A DNA stretch of 64,000 nucleotides from a virus. The number at the start of each line of letters is the position of its first letter. Position 1 is the first letter of the stretch. The DNA is taken from positions 24,935-88,934 of the IMG/VR virus record IMGVR_UViG_3300034418_011250, one strand, 5' to 3'. The notes under the pieces are model-generated. The model was not told the DNA's origin, searched no databases, and was given only the letters and a program-made list of their open reading frames with translations. Both the position numbers and the translations under genes were made by a program. This document shows, piece by piece, positions 55,762 through 64,000 of the stretch.

Positions 55762-56557
55762 CTTGTCCTGTTACTGGATTAAATGTTTTTGCATCTTCAA
55801 AGTATGAAGTTGTCTCATTAAATCCAAAATCATCATCAAAAGATGCAGTAATTGGATCTGGAGTAGCAGTATATCTTTGCTCTCGTGCCACTGCAACATC
55901 TGGTGTATTTGTATATTGATCAACCTGCACTTGTTTAATAACCTTCTGAGAAAGAACAGGACCATACAAAAAGAATTTAGCAGTAAATGCCAAAGTATAA
56001 ACAATAGCCTTTCTTGTGGCAAATTCGCCTTCATATTCATCTGAATATGCTACAGAATTTAAAACAATCGGAACATCACGAACAATATCTAAATCTGGTC
56101 TTTCTTTTATTGTAATTGCATATTCAGGTTGAAAGAAAGGTAATATTTGTTCAACAATCTGTAACGCATCATCAGAATTTTTTGCCATCACATAAAGCTC
56201 AAAATTCATATTATAAGGAACAGGCATATAAGAAGAAACTGCTTGATCTGTCTCTTTTGTATTTGTTAATTTTTTAACTTTTATAGCTTTGTTTAATTTT
56301 CTTGTAGCATCATATTCAAGACCTGTAATTTCAAATCCTATTCTTGGCAAAGTAATTGCGAATTGTTTTTGTAATTTAGGATCATCTGTAATTCTTACTA
56401 ACCATTTTTGTCTTGGTCCATATGCCAATGGAACTTTCAATGTTTGAGTAATTTGTCCTGCTGAATTCTTTCTAATTAAATAAATGTTATTAAAAATACT
56501 ACCAAATCCAACAACCACATCTCTAGAAGTTTGGTGATAAAAATGCCCACCTATCAT
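55754..56557 (-). CDS. gp15: Tail sheath stabiliser / completion protein gp15
   Basis: KVPLAYGPRQKW, TLPRIGFE, QIVEQILPFFQP. Confidence 0.94.
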   Translation of the reverse strand: MIGGHFYHQTSRDVVVGFGSIFNNIYLIRKNSAGQITQTLKVPLAYGPRQKWLVRITDDPKLQKQFAITLPRIGFEITGLEYDATRKLNKAIKVKKLTNTKETDQAVSSYMPVPYNMNFELYVMAKNSDDALQIVEQILPFFQPEYAITIKERPDLDIVRDVPIVLNSVAYSDEYEGEFATRKAIVYTLAFTAKFFLYGPVLSQKVIKQVQVDQYTNTPDVAVAREQRYTATPDPITASFDDDFGFNETTSYFEDAKTFNPVTGQDE

Positions 56558-57300
56558 GTAACATCTCCGAATGGATTAGATTCTGAAAAATCTAGAATAG
56601 CATCATTCAAAATATCAAAATCTAAATTTTGTGAAGTTTTCTCTATGGTTCCTATGTTATAATCTTCATTAATAAGATAAGAAATATCAGAACCTATTAA
56701 TGGATCTTCTATAAGAATGGAACCTGTTTCATTTTCTAGACTTAATTTATAAGTCTGCATATTCAATGAATATGTGTTTTCAATATAATCAATTTCTGTA
56801 ATATCAGTATTAAATTCTTCAGAACTATATTCAAATGTTCTACATTGTAGTTTATAAATAGGTAAATTGCTTAATTGATAAAATGGATTATCATGATCAA
56901 CAAATCCTATTTCAAATACCTTTTTTGTTAATGGAAAATATATTAAATCGCCTTCATTTGGTCTAGATGCTTCTGTAATATTTTCATCAATTGAAACAAA
57001 TTGTTCCCATCTTCTTCTTGAAACAACAAATGTAATTTCATCTTGAACATCAACTCCAAATTTGGTCATTAATTCTTTTTGTCCTTCATAACCTTCTACA
57101 TTTTCAACATACATTTCAATTAAATATGCATCATTAAATGTAGAAATAGGATCTTCTCCAAATATATCGTCAAGATTTACAATTTTTCTTGGAAGATAAA
57201 AAACATCTTGTCCAAATGCTCTAAGCTGTTCAATAATTAAATCTTCATATAATCTTTGCTCTCTTTTTGTGCCTGTATCAAAATAAACTGAAGTTGGCAT
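56554..57300 (-). CDS. gp14: Neck protein gp14
   Basis: GQDVFYLPR, IEMY, RPNEGDLIYFP, DFSESNPFG. Confidence 0.94.
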   Translation of the reverse strand: MPTSVYFDTGTKREQRLYEDLIIEQLRAFGQDVFYLPRKIVNLDDIFGEDPISTFNDAYLIEMYVENVEGYEGQKELMTKFGVDVQDEITFVVSRRRWEQFVSIDENITEASRPNEGDLIYFPLTKKVFEIGFVDHDNPFYQLSNLPIYKLQCRTFEYSSEEFNTDITEIDYIENTYSLNMQTYKLSLENETGSILIEDPLIGSDISYLINEDYNIGTIEKTSQNLDFDILNDAILDFSESNPFGDVT

Positions 57301-57302
57301 AT

Positions 57303-58118
57303 TTACCCTATCATAATTTCAGGAGGCAATTCAAAGGCAAGTTGAATTTGCTCTTCCAATTTTATAATTTCCTCCTGCGCTTGTTGATAAATGGTTTCTC
57401 CATTAATTGTTACAGCACCTAACATTTGCACACCATTGAACTTAATGAGATTTGCACCCCATTGAAGTTTAATTAATTGAGTAGCATATTTTTTTAAAAA
57501 CATATCATTCCAAATATTTGGAAATGTAGAAGGATCAATTTTTCGAATTGCTTCGATCACCAAATATTCACCTACAACAATGTCAGTTTGCCAATCCATA
57601 TCAATATATAATCTATTCATGTGTTGATTATGTCGAATTGGTTTTTGACCTACAAGAATGCTTTCTAGAAGATCTAGATGTTTCATTGTCATGTCGTAAT
57701 GAATAATAGATGTCGAAGAGAAATCATAAAGATCGTTTAATCTTAATTGATACCGAACATCAAACATATTGATGTTACCTTTATCAGAAAAATCAAATAC
57801 CTTTATGACAGAAATAATTGAATCTGGGACAGGAATGTAATTTTTACCTTCTAACCATGTTGCTGTAGTGGCTCCATCCACATCAGTCACAGAAGATAAT
57901 GAATTATTTGATTTTGCTCTATCAATGTCATCTTGAGAAACTTGATATTTTAAATAGACTCTTTCTGCGCCATCATAATGATATTGAGCAAAATATTGAA
58001 GTGCTTGATCAATGCGATCTTCTACTTGATCAGGATCAACATTAATTTCAATAACAGGATGTCCTAATGCACGAAGACAATATTGTCTAAATTCTTCTTT
58101 TGTTGATGGTATTGGCAT
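57303..58118 (-). CDS. gp13: Neck protein gp13
   Basis: YCLRALGHPVIEINV, YHYDG, QWGANLIKF. Confidence 0.94.
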   Translation of the reverse strand: MPIPSTKEEFRQYCLRALGHPVIEINVDPDQVEDRIDQALQYFAQYHYDGAERVYLKYQVSQDDIDRAKSNNSLSSVTDVDGATTATWLEGKNYIPVPDSIISVIKVFDFSDKGNINMFDVRYQLRLNDLYDFSSTSIIHYDMTMKHLDLLESILVGQKPIRHNQHMNRLYIDMDWQTDIVVGEYLVIEAIRKIDPSTFPNIWNDMFLKKYATQLIKLQWGANLIKFNGVQMLGAVTINGETIYQQAQEEIIKLEEQIQLAFELPPEIMIG

Positions 58119-58121
58119 TTT

Positions 58122-58949
58122 TTATCCTAATGCTATTGAAAAAGTAATTCCATTGTTAACTGCTTTATCAGTTACCTCTTGAGAAGAGTCTACATCAAGA
58201 TTTGTTCTTGCACCAGCAGCTGTAGTTGCTCCAGTTCCACCATCAGCAATTGCAATTGCTGATGTTAAACCACTAACTGTTCCATTACTAACATTACCTG
58301 TTAAATTACCTATAAATGTTGATGCTGCAAAATCTTCAGTAGCTACTGTCCAATGATCGTTTGTTTCATCCCAATAAAAAGAAACATTAGTGTCATTTCC
58401 TCTTTCAACTTCAATACCAGCATTTTCTGTTGCCGAACCTGTTGCATTAGAATTTAATAAAATTATATTGTCATCTAAAACAATGGTTTCTGTATTTAAT
58501 GAAGTAGTTGTTCCTTGTACAGTAAGATTGCCTGTCAATGTTAGATCAGTAAATGTTACATTAGAACCACTACCTACTCCTAAATTTGTTCTTGCAGTAG
58601 CAGCATCGTTTAAATCACTAAGATTATTTGCAACGGCTAATGCTTCAGATGTTGAATAAACATCTAAACTTGCTCGAGCAGTTGCACCAGATTCTATAGT
58701 AAAATTTGTTCCATTACCAACTATAAAACTGCCATCAGATGGTGATAATGCGGAAATATCGTCTAAAGTTGCTGCATACGCTTGAATGTCAACACCTATC
58801 TGAAGACCTAAATTATTTCTTGCATCTGAAGCGGTAACTGCTCCAGTACCACCATCAGTAATAGAAATAAAATCAGTAGAAATAAATTCTGCTAATCCAG
58901 TAGGGTCGCTTCCCGTATACGTTGCTTTTATAGGAGACTGTGCAGCCAT
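58122..58949 (-). CDS. Fibre-like structural protein
   Basis: GGTGATTAAGARTNL repeats, GNLTVQGTTT, AGIEVERG. Confidence 0.65.
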   Translation of the reverse strand: MAAQSPIKATYTGSDPTGLAEFISTDFISITDGGTGAVTASDARNNLGLQIGVDIQAYAATLDDISALSPSDGSFIVGNGTNFTIESGATARASLDVYSTSEALAVANNLSDLNDAATARTNLGVGSGSNVTFTDLTLTGNLTVQGTTTSLNTETIVLDDNIILLNSNATGSATENAGIEVERGNDTNVSFYWDETNDHWTVATEDFAASTFIGNLTGNVSNGTVSGLTSAIAIADGGTGATTAAGARTNLDVDSSQEVTDKAVNNGITFSIALG

Positions 58950-58959
58950 TATTTTCCTT

Positions 58960-59421
58960 TTAGCTCATTACCATAGTAGTATATGATGTTCCATTAGAAT
59001 CTGTAAATGGCAAATACAAACTTTGTACTGCTTCTGATAATGTTCCTGCTTCAACTCTTAATTTTAAACTTAATGATGATCCATTTGTATCAGAAAATGG
59101 AATTCCTATTGGAGTTCCTATTGTAATAGTATCTGTGGTTGCATCTGTTGTAATACTATTTAGTCCAGAGCCAACAAGCGTAAGAGTGTCCGTAGAACTA
59201 TCAGCTTGTATTGTAGATTGTCCACTTACAGAAATATTAGTAAATGATGTTCCTGCAGCGCCTGATGATGCACCATTTCCTACAACAACAATTCCAGTGC
59301 TAGAACGAACATAGATTTTTTGATCTGCTGTATTAACAGCAACCTCACCTATTTCTAAATTTGAAGTTGTAGGTATGGAACCGCTAGTTTCAGACCTTTT
59401 TAATTTAATTACAGATGACAT
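58960..59421 (-). CDS. Fibre-associated structural protein
   Basis: IKLKRS...PTTSNLEIGEVAVNTAD N-terminal fibre anchor motif. Confidence 0.6.
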   Translation of the reverse strand: MSSVIKLKRSETSGSIPTTSNLEIGEVAVNTADQKIYVRSSTGIVVVGNGASSGAAGTSFTNISVSGQSTIQADSSTDTLTLVGSGLNSITTDATTDTITIGTPIGIPFSDTNGSSLSLKLRVEAGTLSEAVQSLYLPFTDSNGTSYTTMVMS

Positions 59422-59430
59422 AATTTATTA

Positions 59431-61947
59431 TTAATATGATCCGCCATCAACTGCAGTTATAGTAACAAGTCCAGCAGTAACATTAAAATTAGATGAACTA
59501 TATGTGGAAACCCCTTTGGTACCAGCAGTATTAGCATTTACACCTGAAAAATTACCTGATGATTGATCATATGCTAATCCTGTGCTTGCAGTAACACCTA
59601 CATCTGCTCTTACTCTAGCAGTAGTGTACCACAAATTAGTCGCTCCTGCTCCTTCTTGGAAATCATCCGTATCAAATACATATGAAGCACCTAAAGCAAT
59701 AACTTGACTGTTGATGGTAATTGAAGAATTTGCTAATTTTGCATTTGCAATAGAACCAGCTAACATGTCATTGGTAACACCAAGAGCTTTAATGTACAAA
59801 GCGTCACTACTAATTCCAATTGAACTGTCATCTACATTTACATCCAAACTAATTTGATCTGTTGAATGCGTAGAGGTGATAGCATTTCCACCGATAATAG
59901 AAAGAGTGTCACCTAAATCAACTGCATTTGAATTAGAACCATCAGAAATTGTGACAGTTGAATTTGCTAATTTTGCATTTGCAATAGAACCTGCCAACAT
60001 GTCATTGGTAATTCCGCTTGCTAATACATACAACTGGTCATTTCCGTTCAATCCAATAGAAGAATTGTCATACAAAACATCTAATGTATTTCCTGTTTTT
60101 GATAAAGCATCACCAGCAGAAATTTGTCCTGCTCCAGAAAATTGTTCAAATGTGATATTAGAAACACCTATTGTTGGCGTACCATTATGTGTTGCCACAA
60201 ATCCAGCATCTGCATTATCAGTACCTTCTTCAATAAAAGTAAATGCCCCACCTGTAATTTCATCTGCTTCATTTGCATCTGGTGTTCTTGTAAGAACAAA
60301 TACTGCAGTTGTCGATCCAGTATTTGTAACAGTGTAAATACCATTATCAGTTTGTGCTGTTTGATCTTTTACCAAGATTCTATCACCAACAGAAAGGGTA
60401 ACACCATCAACAATAATAGCACCATTGGATGATGCTGTTAATACGCCAGAACTGTATGTAGCAGAAAGATTTGCTGTTGTTGCAACTCTACAAGATTCTT
60501 TAACATCTAATCCCTGAGCAACTTGGTCAACATAAGTTTTGTTTGTGAGAGAATTGCTTCCAAATCCTGTTCTTGTTTCATATCCAGATGGTACATTAAT
60601 AACACCTTCTCCATCAGGTGTTAATGTGATATTGCCATCAGTATCAGTTGAAGAAATATCATTACCATTAATTGTTAAATTGTCAACTTGAACTGATGTA
60701 AGATTTGCTAAATCAGTAATTGCAGAACCACCCAATGTCACTGTTGCTGCACCTATTGTCACATAATCATAAACCAATTTTGCATTTGTAATTGAACCAG
60801 CTAGTTGTGCATTGGAAACACCACCAGTTTTTATTGTAACATCACCATTTGTTACTAAAAAATCATTAGTATTAAAAGAAGCAACGCCCAAATTGGTATC
60901 AGAAGCAGTCTCAGCAACAATTGTAATGGTATCATTAGTAACAGAAGTGTCAATACCTTCTCCACCAAGAATAGAAAAAGTATCAGAAGCAAGAGAAACA
61001 CCACCTGCTCCAGTTCCATCATCTGCAGCAATTGTAAGTGTTGTGGAAATAGAAGCAGTTCCTGCTGCAGTCAATCGTCCTTGAGCATCAACTGTAAAAG
61101 TAGGAATAGCTGAAGAAGAACCATAACTTCCTGGAGTGACAGCTGTGTTGTCAAGAGCAATGGAAATAGAATCTCCAGAAACAGTTGATGTTAAACCTGT
61201 TCCTCCACCAATGGTAAGCGTGTCGCCCAAATCAACTGCATTAGTGGTTCCACTATCAGCAGCAACACTGATTGTTGAATTTGATAATTTTGCATTTGTG
61301 ATTGAACCAGCTAGTTGCGCATTGGAAACACCACCTGTAGCAATTGTAACATCTCCATTTGTTACCAAAAAATCACTAACATTAAATTTTGCAACACCTA
61401 AATTGCTATCGGAAGCAGTTTCAGCGGTAATAGTTGTAGTACCAGCAGAATCGTCATATGTTACATCAATACCTTCACCTGCAACAATAGAACCACCTGT
61501 CAAATCTTCAATATATTCTTGAAGAGAAGTTGTAGCATCAGTATAGATGTTACTTATGATGGTTTTACCAACACCATTTGGTGTAATTTCAATGTCACCA
61601 TCAGTATCGGTAGAAGTAATTGCTCTTCCATCTAAATCTAAAAAGTCTATTTTTAGATTATCAATTTTTTTATTATTATCTACAATAATTGCGGAATCAG
61701 CAGTTAATGTGCCCTTTGCATGTTCCATCATGTCAGTGTAATACTGTCCACCTATTTTGATAGGAACATCTGTAGAACTTGATGGATTACCGATATATAA
61801 TCTTCTTCCATTACCTCCTGGACCTATAGAGCCAGAGGTAGGAGAAGTATTATAAACATACGCTAGCTCACCTAAATTAAGAGTACCACTATTAGCAGTA
61901 GGTAAATCTGCTGTAGTAGTTCGTTTTATTTGTATTAAAGTAGACAT
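59431..61947 (-). CDS. Long fibre protein with internal repeats
   Basis: IQIKR...GELAY anchor; repeated AGSIxNAKL; YVDQVAQGLDVKESCRVATT, GDRILVKDQT. Confidence 0.7.
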   Translation of the reverse strand: MSTLIQIKRTTTADLPTANSGTLNLGELAYVYNTSPTSGSIGPGGNGRRLYIGNPSSSTDVPIKIGGQYYTDMMEHAKGTLTADSAIIVDNNKKIDNLKIDFLDLDGRAITSTDTDGDIEITPNGVGKTIISNIYTDATTSLQEYIEDLTGGSIVAGEGIDVTYDDSAGTTTITAETASDSNLGVAKFNVSDFLVTNGDVTIATGGVSNAQLAGSITNAKLSNSTISVAADSGTTNAVDLGDTLTIGGGTGLTSTVSGDSISIALDNTAVTPGSYGSSSAIPTFTVDAQGRLTAAGTASISTTLTIAADDGTGAGGVSLASDTFSILGGEGIDTSVTNDTITIVAETASDTNLGVASFNTNDFLVTNGDVTIKTGGVSNAQLAGSITNAKLVYDYVTIGAATVTLGGSAITDLANLTSVQVDNLTINGNDISSTDTDGNITLTPDGEGVINVPSGYETRTGFGSNSLTNKTYVDQVAQGLDVKESCRVATTANLSATYSSGVLTASSNGAIIVDGVTLSVGDRILVKDQTAQTDNGIYTVTNTGSTTAVFVLTRTPDANEADEITGGAFTFIEEGTDNADAGFVATHNGTPTIGVSNITFEQFSGAGQISAGDALSKTGNTLDVLYDNSSIGLNGNDQLYVLASGITNDMLAGSIANAKLANSTVTISDGSNSNAVDLGDTLSIIGGNAITSTHSTDQISLDVNVDDSSIGISSDALYIKALGVTNDMLAGSIANAKLANSSITINSQVIALGASYVFDTDDFQEGAGATNLWYTTARVRADVGVTASTGLAYDQSSGNFSGVNANTAGTKGVSTYSSSNFNVTAGLVTITAVDGGSY

Positions 61948-61962
61948 TTTCTTCCCTTTATT

Positions 61963-63102
61963 TTAATAAGTGCCACCATTTAATCTTAGTTCACCTGTAG
62001 TAGTATCTATTTCAGTTGTTGCTATCCATTTAGCTAATGATTCAGAATATTGTAATAAAGCACCATCTGCTATGTTTGTTATATCTATATCTGAAGTATT
62101 ATTTATTTGTCCAGATATTGTAAAGGTTCCAGGAACACCTTGTTCGCCTTGTATACCTTGTTCGCCTTGTATACCTTGTGGTCCAACTTCACCTTGTGGT
62201 CCAACTTCACCCTGTAAACCTTGTAAACCTTGTGGTCCTACATCTCCTTGTGGACCTTGTGGACCTTGAAGTCCTTGTGGTCCTTGTATGCCTTGTGGTC
62301 CCTGTGAACCAATTTCTCCTTGTGGTCCTTGAAGTCCTTGAATTCCTTGTGGACCTGTTGGACCAGCTGGACCCTGAATTCCTTCTGATCCTTGTGGGCC
62401 AATTTCTCCCTGAATTCCTTGTGGTCCAACATCACCTTGTGGTCCTTGAATTCCTTGTGGTCCAACATCACCTTGTGGTCCTTGAATAACTCCAACATCA
62501 GTCCATTGACTATTTCCCCAAACATATCCATGAGTATCAGCGGCAACTATATATAAATCACCATCGGTAGCACCGCTAGGCAAATCATTTACAGTAGCGA
62601 CTGCACCTTTAAGCAAAATGCTTGTGCCGTCAGCACCATCTGCGCCTTGTGGACCTTGTATGCCTTGTGGACCCTGAATTCCTTGAGGACCAGCATCTCC
62701 TTGTGGACCCTGTGGACCAACATCGCCTTGTGGACCTTGTAAACCTGTTGATCCTATTTCACCTTGAAGTCCTTGAACTCCTTGTAATCCCTGAATTCCT
62801 TGAGGACCAGCATCTCCTTGTGGACCCTGTGGACCAGCATCTCCTTGTGGACCCTGAAGACCTTGAATACCCGTCTCGCCTTGGATTCCTTGTGTGCCTT
62901 GTGGTCCAGTTGTTCCTTGCGGACCTTGCGGACCAGTTATTCCTTGCGGACCTTGCGGACCTTGTGAACCAGTTTCGCCTTGTAAACCAGTTGTTCCCAC
63001 ATCTCCGGATGGTCCCTGTAATCCTGGAACTGAAACTCTTAAAATTTCTTTAGATATGGGAGTTACTGTTTTAATAACACGTGGTTTATTTATTACAGCC
63101 AT
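61963..63102 (-). CDS. Collagen-like (Gly-X-Y) fibre protein
   Basis: Two long GPQ/GIQ/GLQ blocks separated by a short globular segment. Confidence 0.9.
   Translation of the reverse strand: MAVINKPRVIKTVTPISKEILRVSVPGLQGPSGDVGTTGLQGETGSQGPQGPQGITGPQGPQGTTGPQGTQGIQGETGIQGLQGPQGDAGPQGPQGDAGPQGIQGLQGVQGLQGEIGSTGLQGPQGDVGPQGPQGDAGPQGIQGPQGIQGPQGADGADGTSILLKGAVATVNDLPSGATDGDLYIVAADTHGYVWGNSQWTDVGVIQGPQGDVGPQGIQGPQGDVGPQGIQGEIGPQGSEGIQGPAGPTGPQGIQGLQGPQGEIGSQGPQGIQGPQGLQGPQGPQGDVGPQGLQGLQGEVGPQGEVGPQGIQGEQGIQGEQGVPGTFTISGQINNTSDIDITNIADGALLQYSESLAKWIATTEIDTTTGELRLNGGTY
62137..63021. repeat. 9-bp-period collagen tandem repeats in two blocks
   Basis: Repeated ccttgtggt/ccttgtgga units at about 62137-62486 and 62632-63021. 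Confidence 0.85.
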
Positions 63103-63103
63103 A

Positions 63104-63445
63104 TTAAGATGTCCTAGAAACTCCTGGAGTTACAGTTGCTATTCCTTCTACAACTCTTGTAGATAATCCATTAGTATTTGTAATTAAAACATCATAAACA
63201 TATCTTCCATATTCTAATGCTGCAGTTTGTGCTGCTGTCAAAGAGATGGTTATATTTCCTGTTGTTCTGTCATCATCAAATTCGGCTGTGAATGAAACAG
63301 CATTAACAGATTCATATGTTTTACGAAGTTGAGCAATGACAGAATAATTAGACAAATCGGTTGCATCTCCATTAGAATCACCAACAAATAAAATAGTTAT
63401 GAAATCTGAACCTTGGTCAATAAAAATATTGGAAAGGGAAGCCAT
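63104..63445 (-). CDS. Conserved T4-like baseplate/fibre adaptor-like protein
   Basis: IDQGSDF...[20 protein letters not shown]...[13 protein letters not shown]. Confidence 0.7.
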   Translation of the reverse strand: MASLSNIFIDQGSDFITILFVGDSNGDATDLSNYSVIAQLRKTYESVNAVSFTAEFDDDRTTGNITISLTAAQTAALEYGRYVYDVLITNTNGLSTRVVEGIATVTPGVSRTS

Positions 63446-63466
63446 GAAGTTACCTTGTTTTCTTAA

Positions 63467-63480
63467 TATTTATATTTATA
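63467..63480 (-). promoter_or_regulatory. Two overlapping late promoters TATAAATA
   Basis: Matches at 63467-63474 and 63473-63480. Confidence 0.8.
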
Positions 63481-63505
63481 AGGATTGTGTTCTGAGAAAG
63501 GAAGG

Positions 63506-63539
63506 AATTTGCTTCTGAAAACTTTTTCAGAAGCAAATT
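63506..63539 (-). terminator. 15-16-bp hairpin downstream of the second YTGNG-domain gene
   Basis: AATTTGCTTCTGAAAA...TTTTCAGAAGCAAATT. Confidence 0.65.
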
Positions 63540-63549
63540 TTATTTGTGA

Positions 63550-63999
63550 TTAGCGTGCGTTAGCGTAGTTGAATGGTTGTTCTGCGAATGCCATGTAGAT
63601 ATACTTCTGGTTGTTAGAGTTTCCATATATGCTGTTTCTCCACTTGAATCCATTAGACAAAAAGTCTGAGGCTCTTCCAGAAGTTATTTCTCCACTAGAA
63701 CTGTCTGCAGCCAATGACCGAATAACTTGATTATAACTTTCTCTTTCCGAATCAAATATAGACCAGCCTCCCGTACCTGATGTTTGTTTGTATAAAACAA
63801 AAGCAGGTCTAAACCCTGTGTACACAAACGTCCCATCCGGAGACCCATTTCCGGTGTAACTGCCGAACTTACTGTAGCCTTCAACCGAATGCCAGCAGTA
63901 AGCAATAATTGGCCCTGATCCATTTGTATCATTATACTGCTCAACTTTAAAATAAGAATTATTAGCGTACCAAGAAGCAGTATTTGCTGCCGAATTACC
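63550..63999 (-). CDS. 3' end of a fibre/adhesin paralog of 51120-52787; its start lies beyond the window
   Basis: Frame open to the edge: GNSAANTASWY...YCWHSVEGYSKFGSYTGNGSPDGTFVYTGFRPAF...FAEQPFNYANAR. Confidence 0.8.
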   Translation of the reverse strand, partial: GNSAANTASWYANNSYFKVEQYNDTNGSGPIIAYCWHSVEGYSKFGSYTGNGSPDGTFVYTGFRPAFVLYKQTSGTGGWSIFDSERESYNQVIRSLAADSSSGEITSGRASDFLSNGFKWRNSIYGNSNNQKYIYMAFAEQPFNYANAR

Positions 64000-64000
64000 C

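Noticed and set aside
62137-63021. CRISPR array
   Set aside because: 9-bp coding periodicity of Gly-X-Y with no unique spacers.
799-63166. Plus-strand ORFs and nested alternate-frame minus-strand ORFs in the track
   Set aside because: They are shadows of well-supported minus-strand genes and show no recognisable motifs.
51120-63999. Diversity-generating retroelement (paired C-terminal repeats followed by hairpins)
   Set aside because: No reverse transcriptase in the window; both copies are coding; differences include indels and are not confined to adenines.
1-64000. tRNA or rRNA genes; inteins or introns in gp43, gp41, uvsX, uvsW
   Set aside because: Intergenic gaps are short and show no cloverleaf by eye, and these proteins have normal length. 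A tRNAscan/Infernal run would be decisive.

Overview
64-kb AT-rich segment of a T4-like myovirus, probably an aquatic or marine phage of a heterotrophic Gram-negative host (inferred from spanins, SbmA and BMP genes, and the absence of photosynthesis genes here). Essentially all genes lie on the minus strand. In transcription order (right to left): fibre and collagen proteins; neck gp13-15; gp16; an inserted fibre cassette; a fractured gp17 (atypically split intein with a free-standing GIY-YIG endonuclease between the halves); gp18-23; gp3; uvsY; a three-gene MotA/ExbB-ExbD-like membrane motor; uvsW; gp55; gp47; an auxiliary island (SbmA, NTF2-like, BMP, IPNS-like oxygenase); gp46; peptide deformylase; DUF932; hsp20 with a ROSE-like thermometer; gp45/44/62; regA; gp43; a five-gene DNA hypermodification cluster (class II glutamine amidotransferase, GNAT, amino acid:DNA transferase, TET/JBP dioxygenase, P-loop kinase) followed by a GIY-YIG-like gene and MazG; uvsX; gp41; a late block of probable head-packaged proteins; and spanins. 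The best candidate for an undescribed system is the hypermodification cluster: three of its enzymes end in the same sliding-clamp-binding-type tail as gp43 and gp55. All family calls come from motifs recognised by eye; no searches were run.
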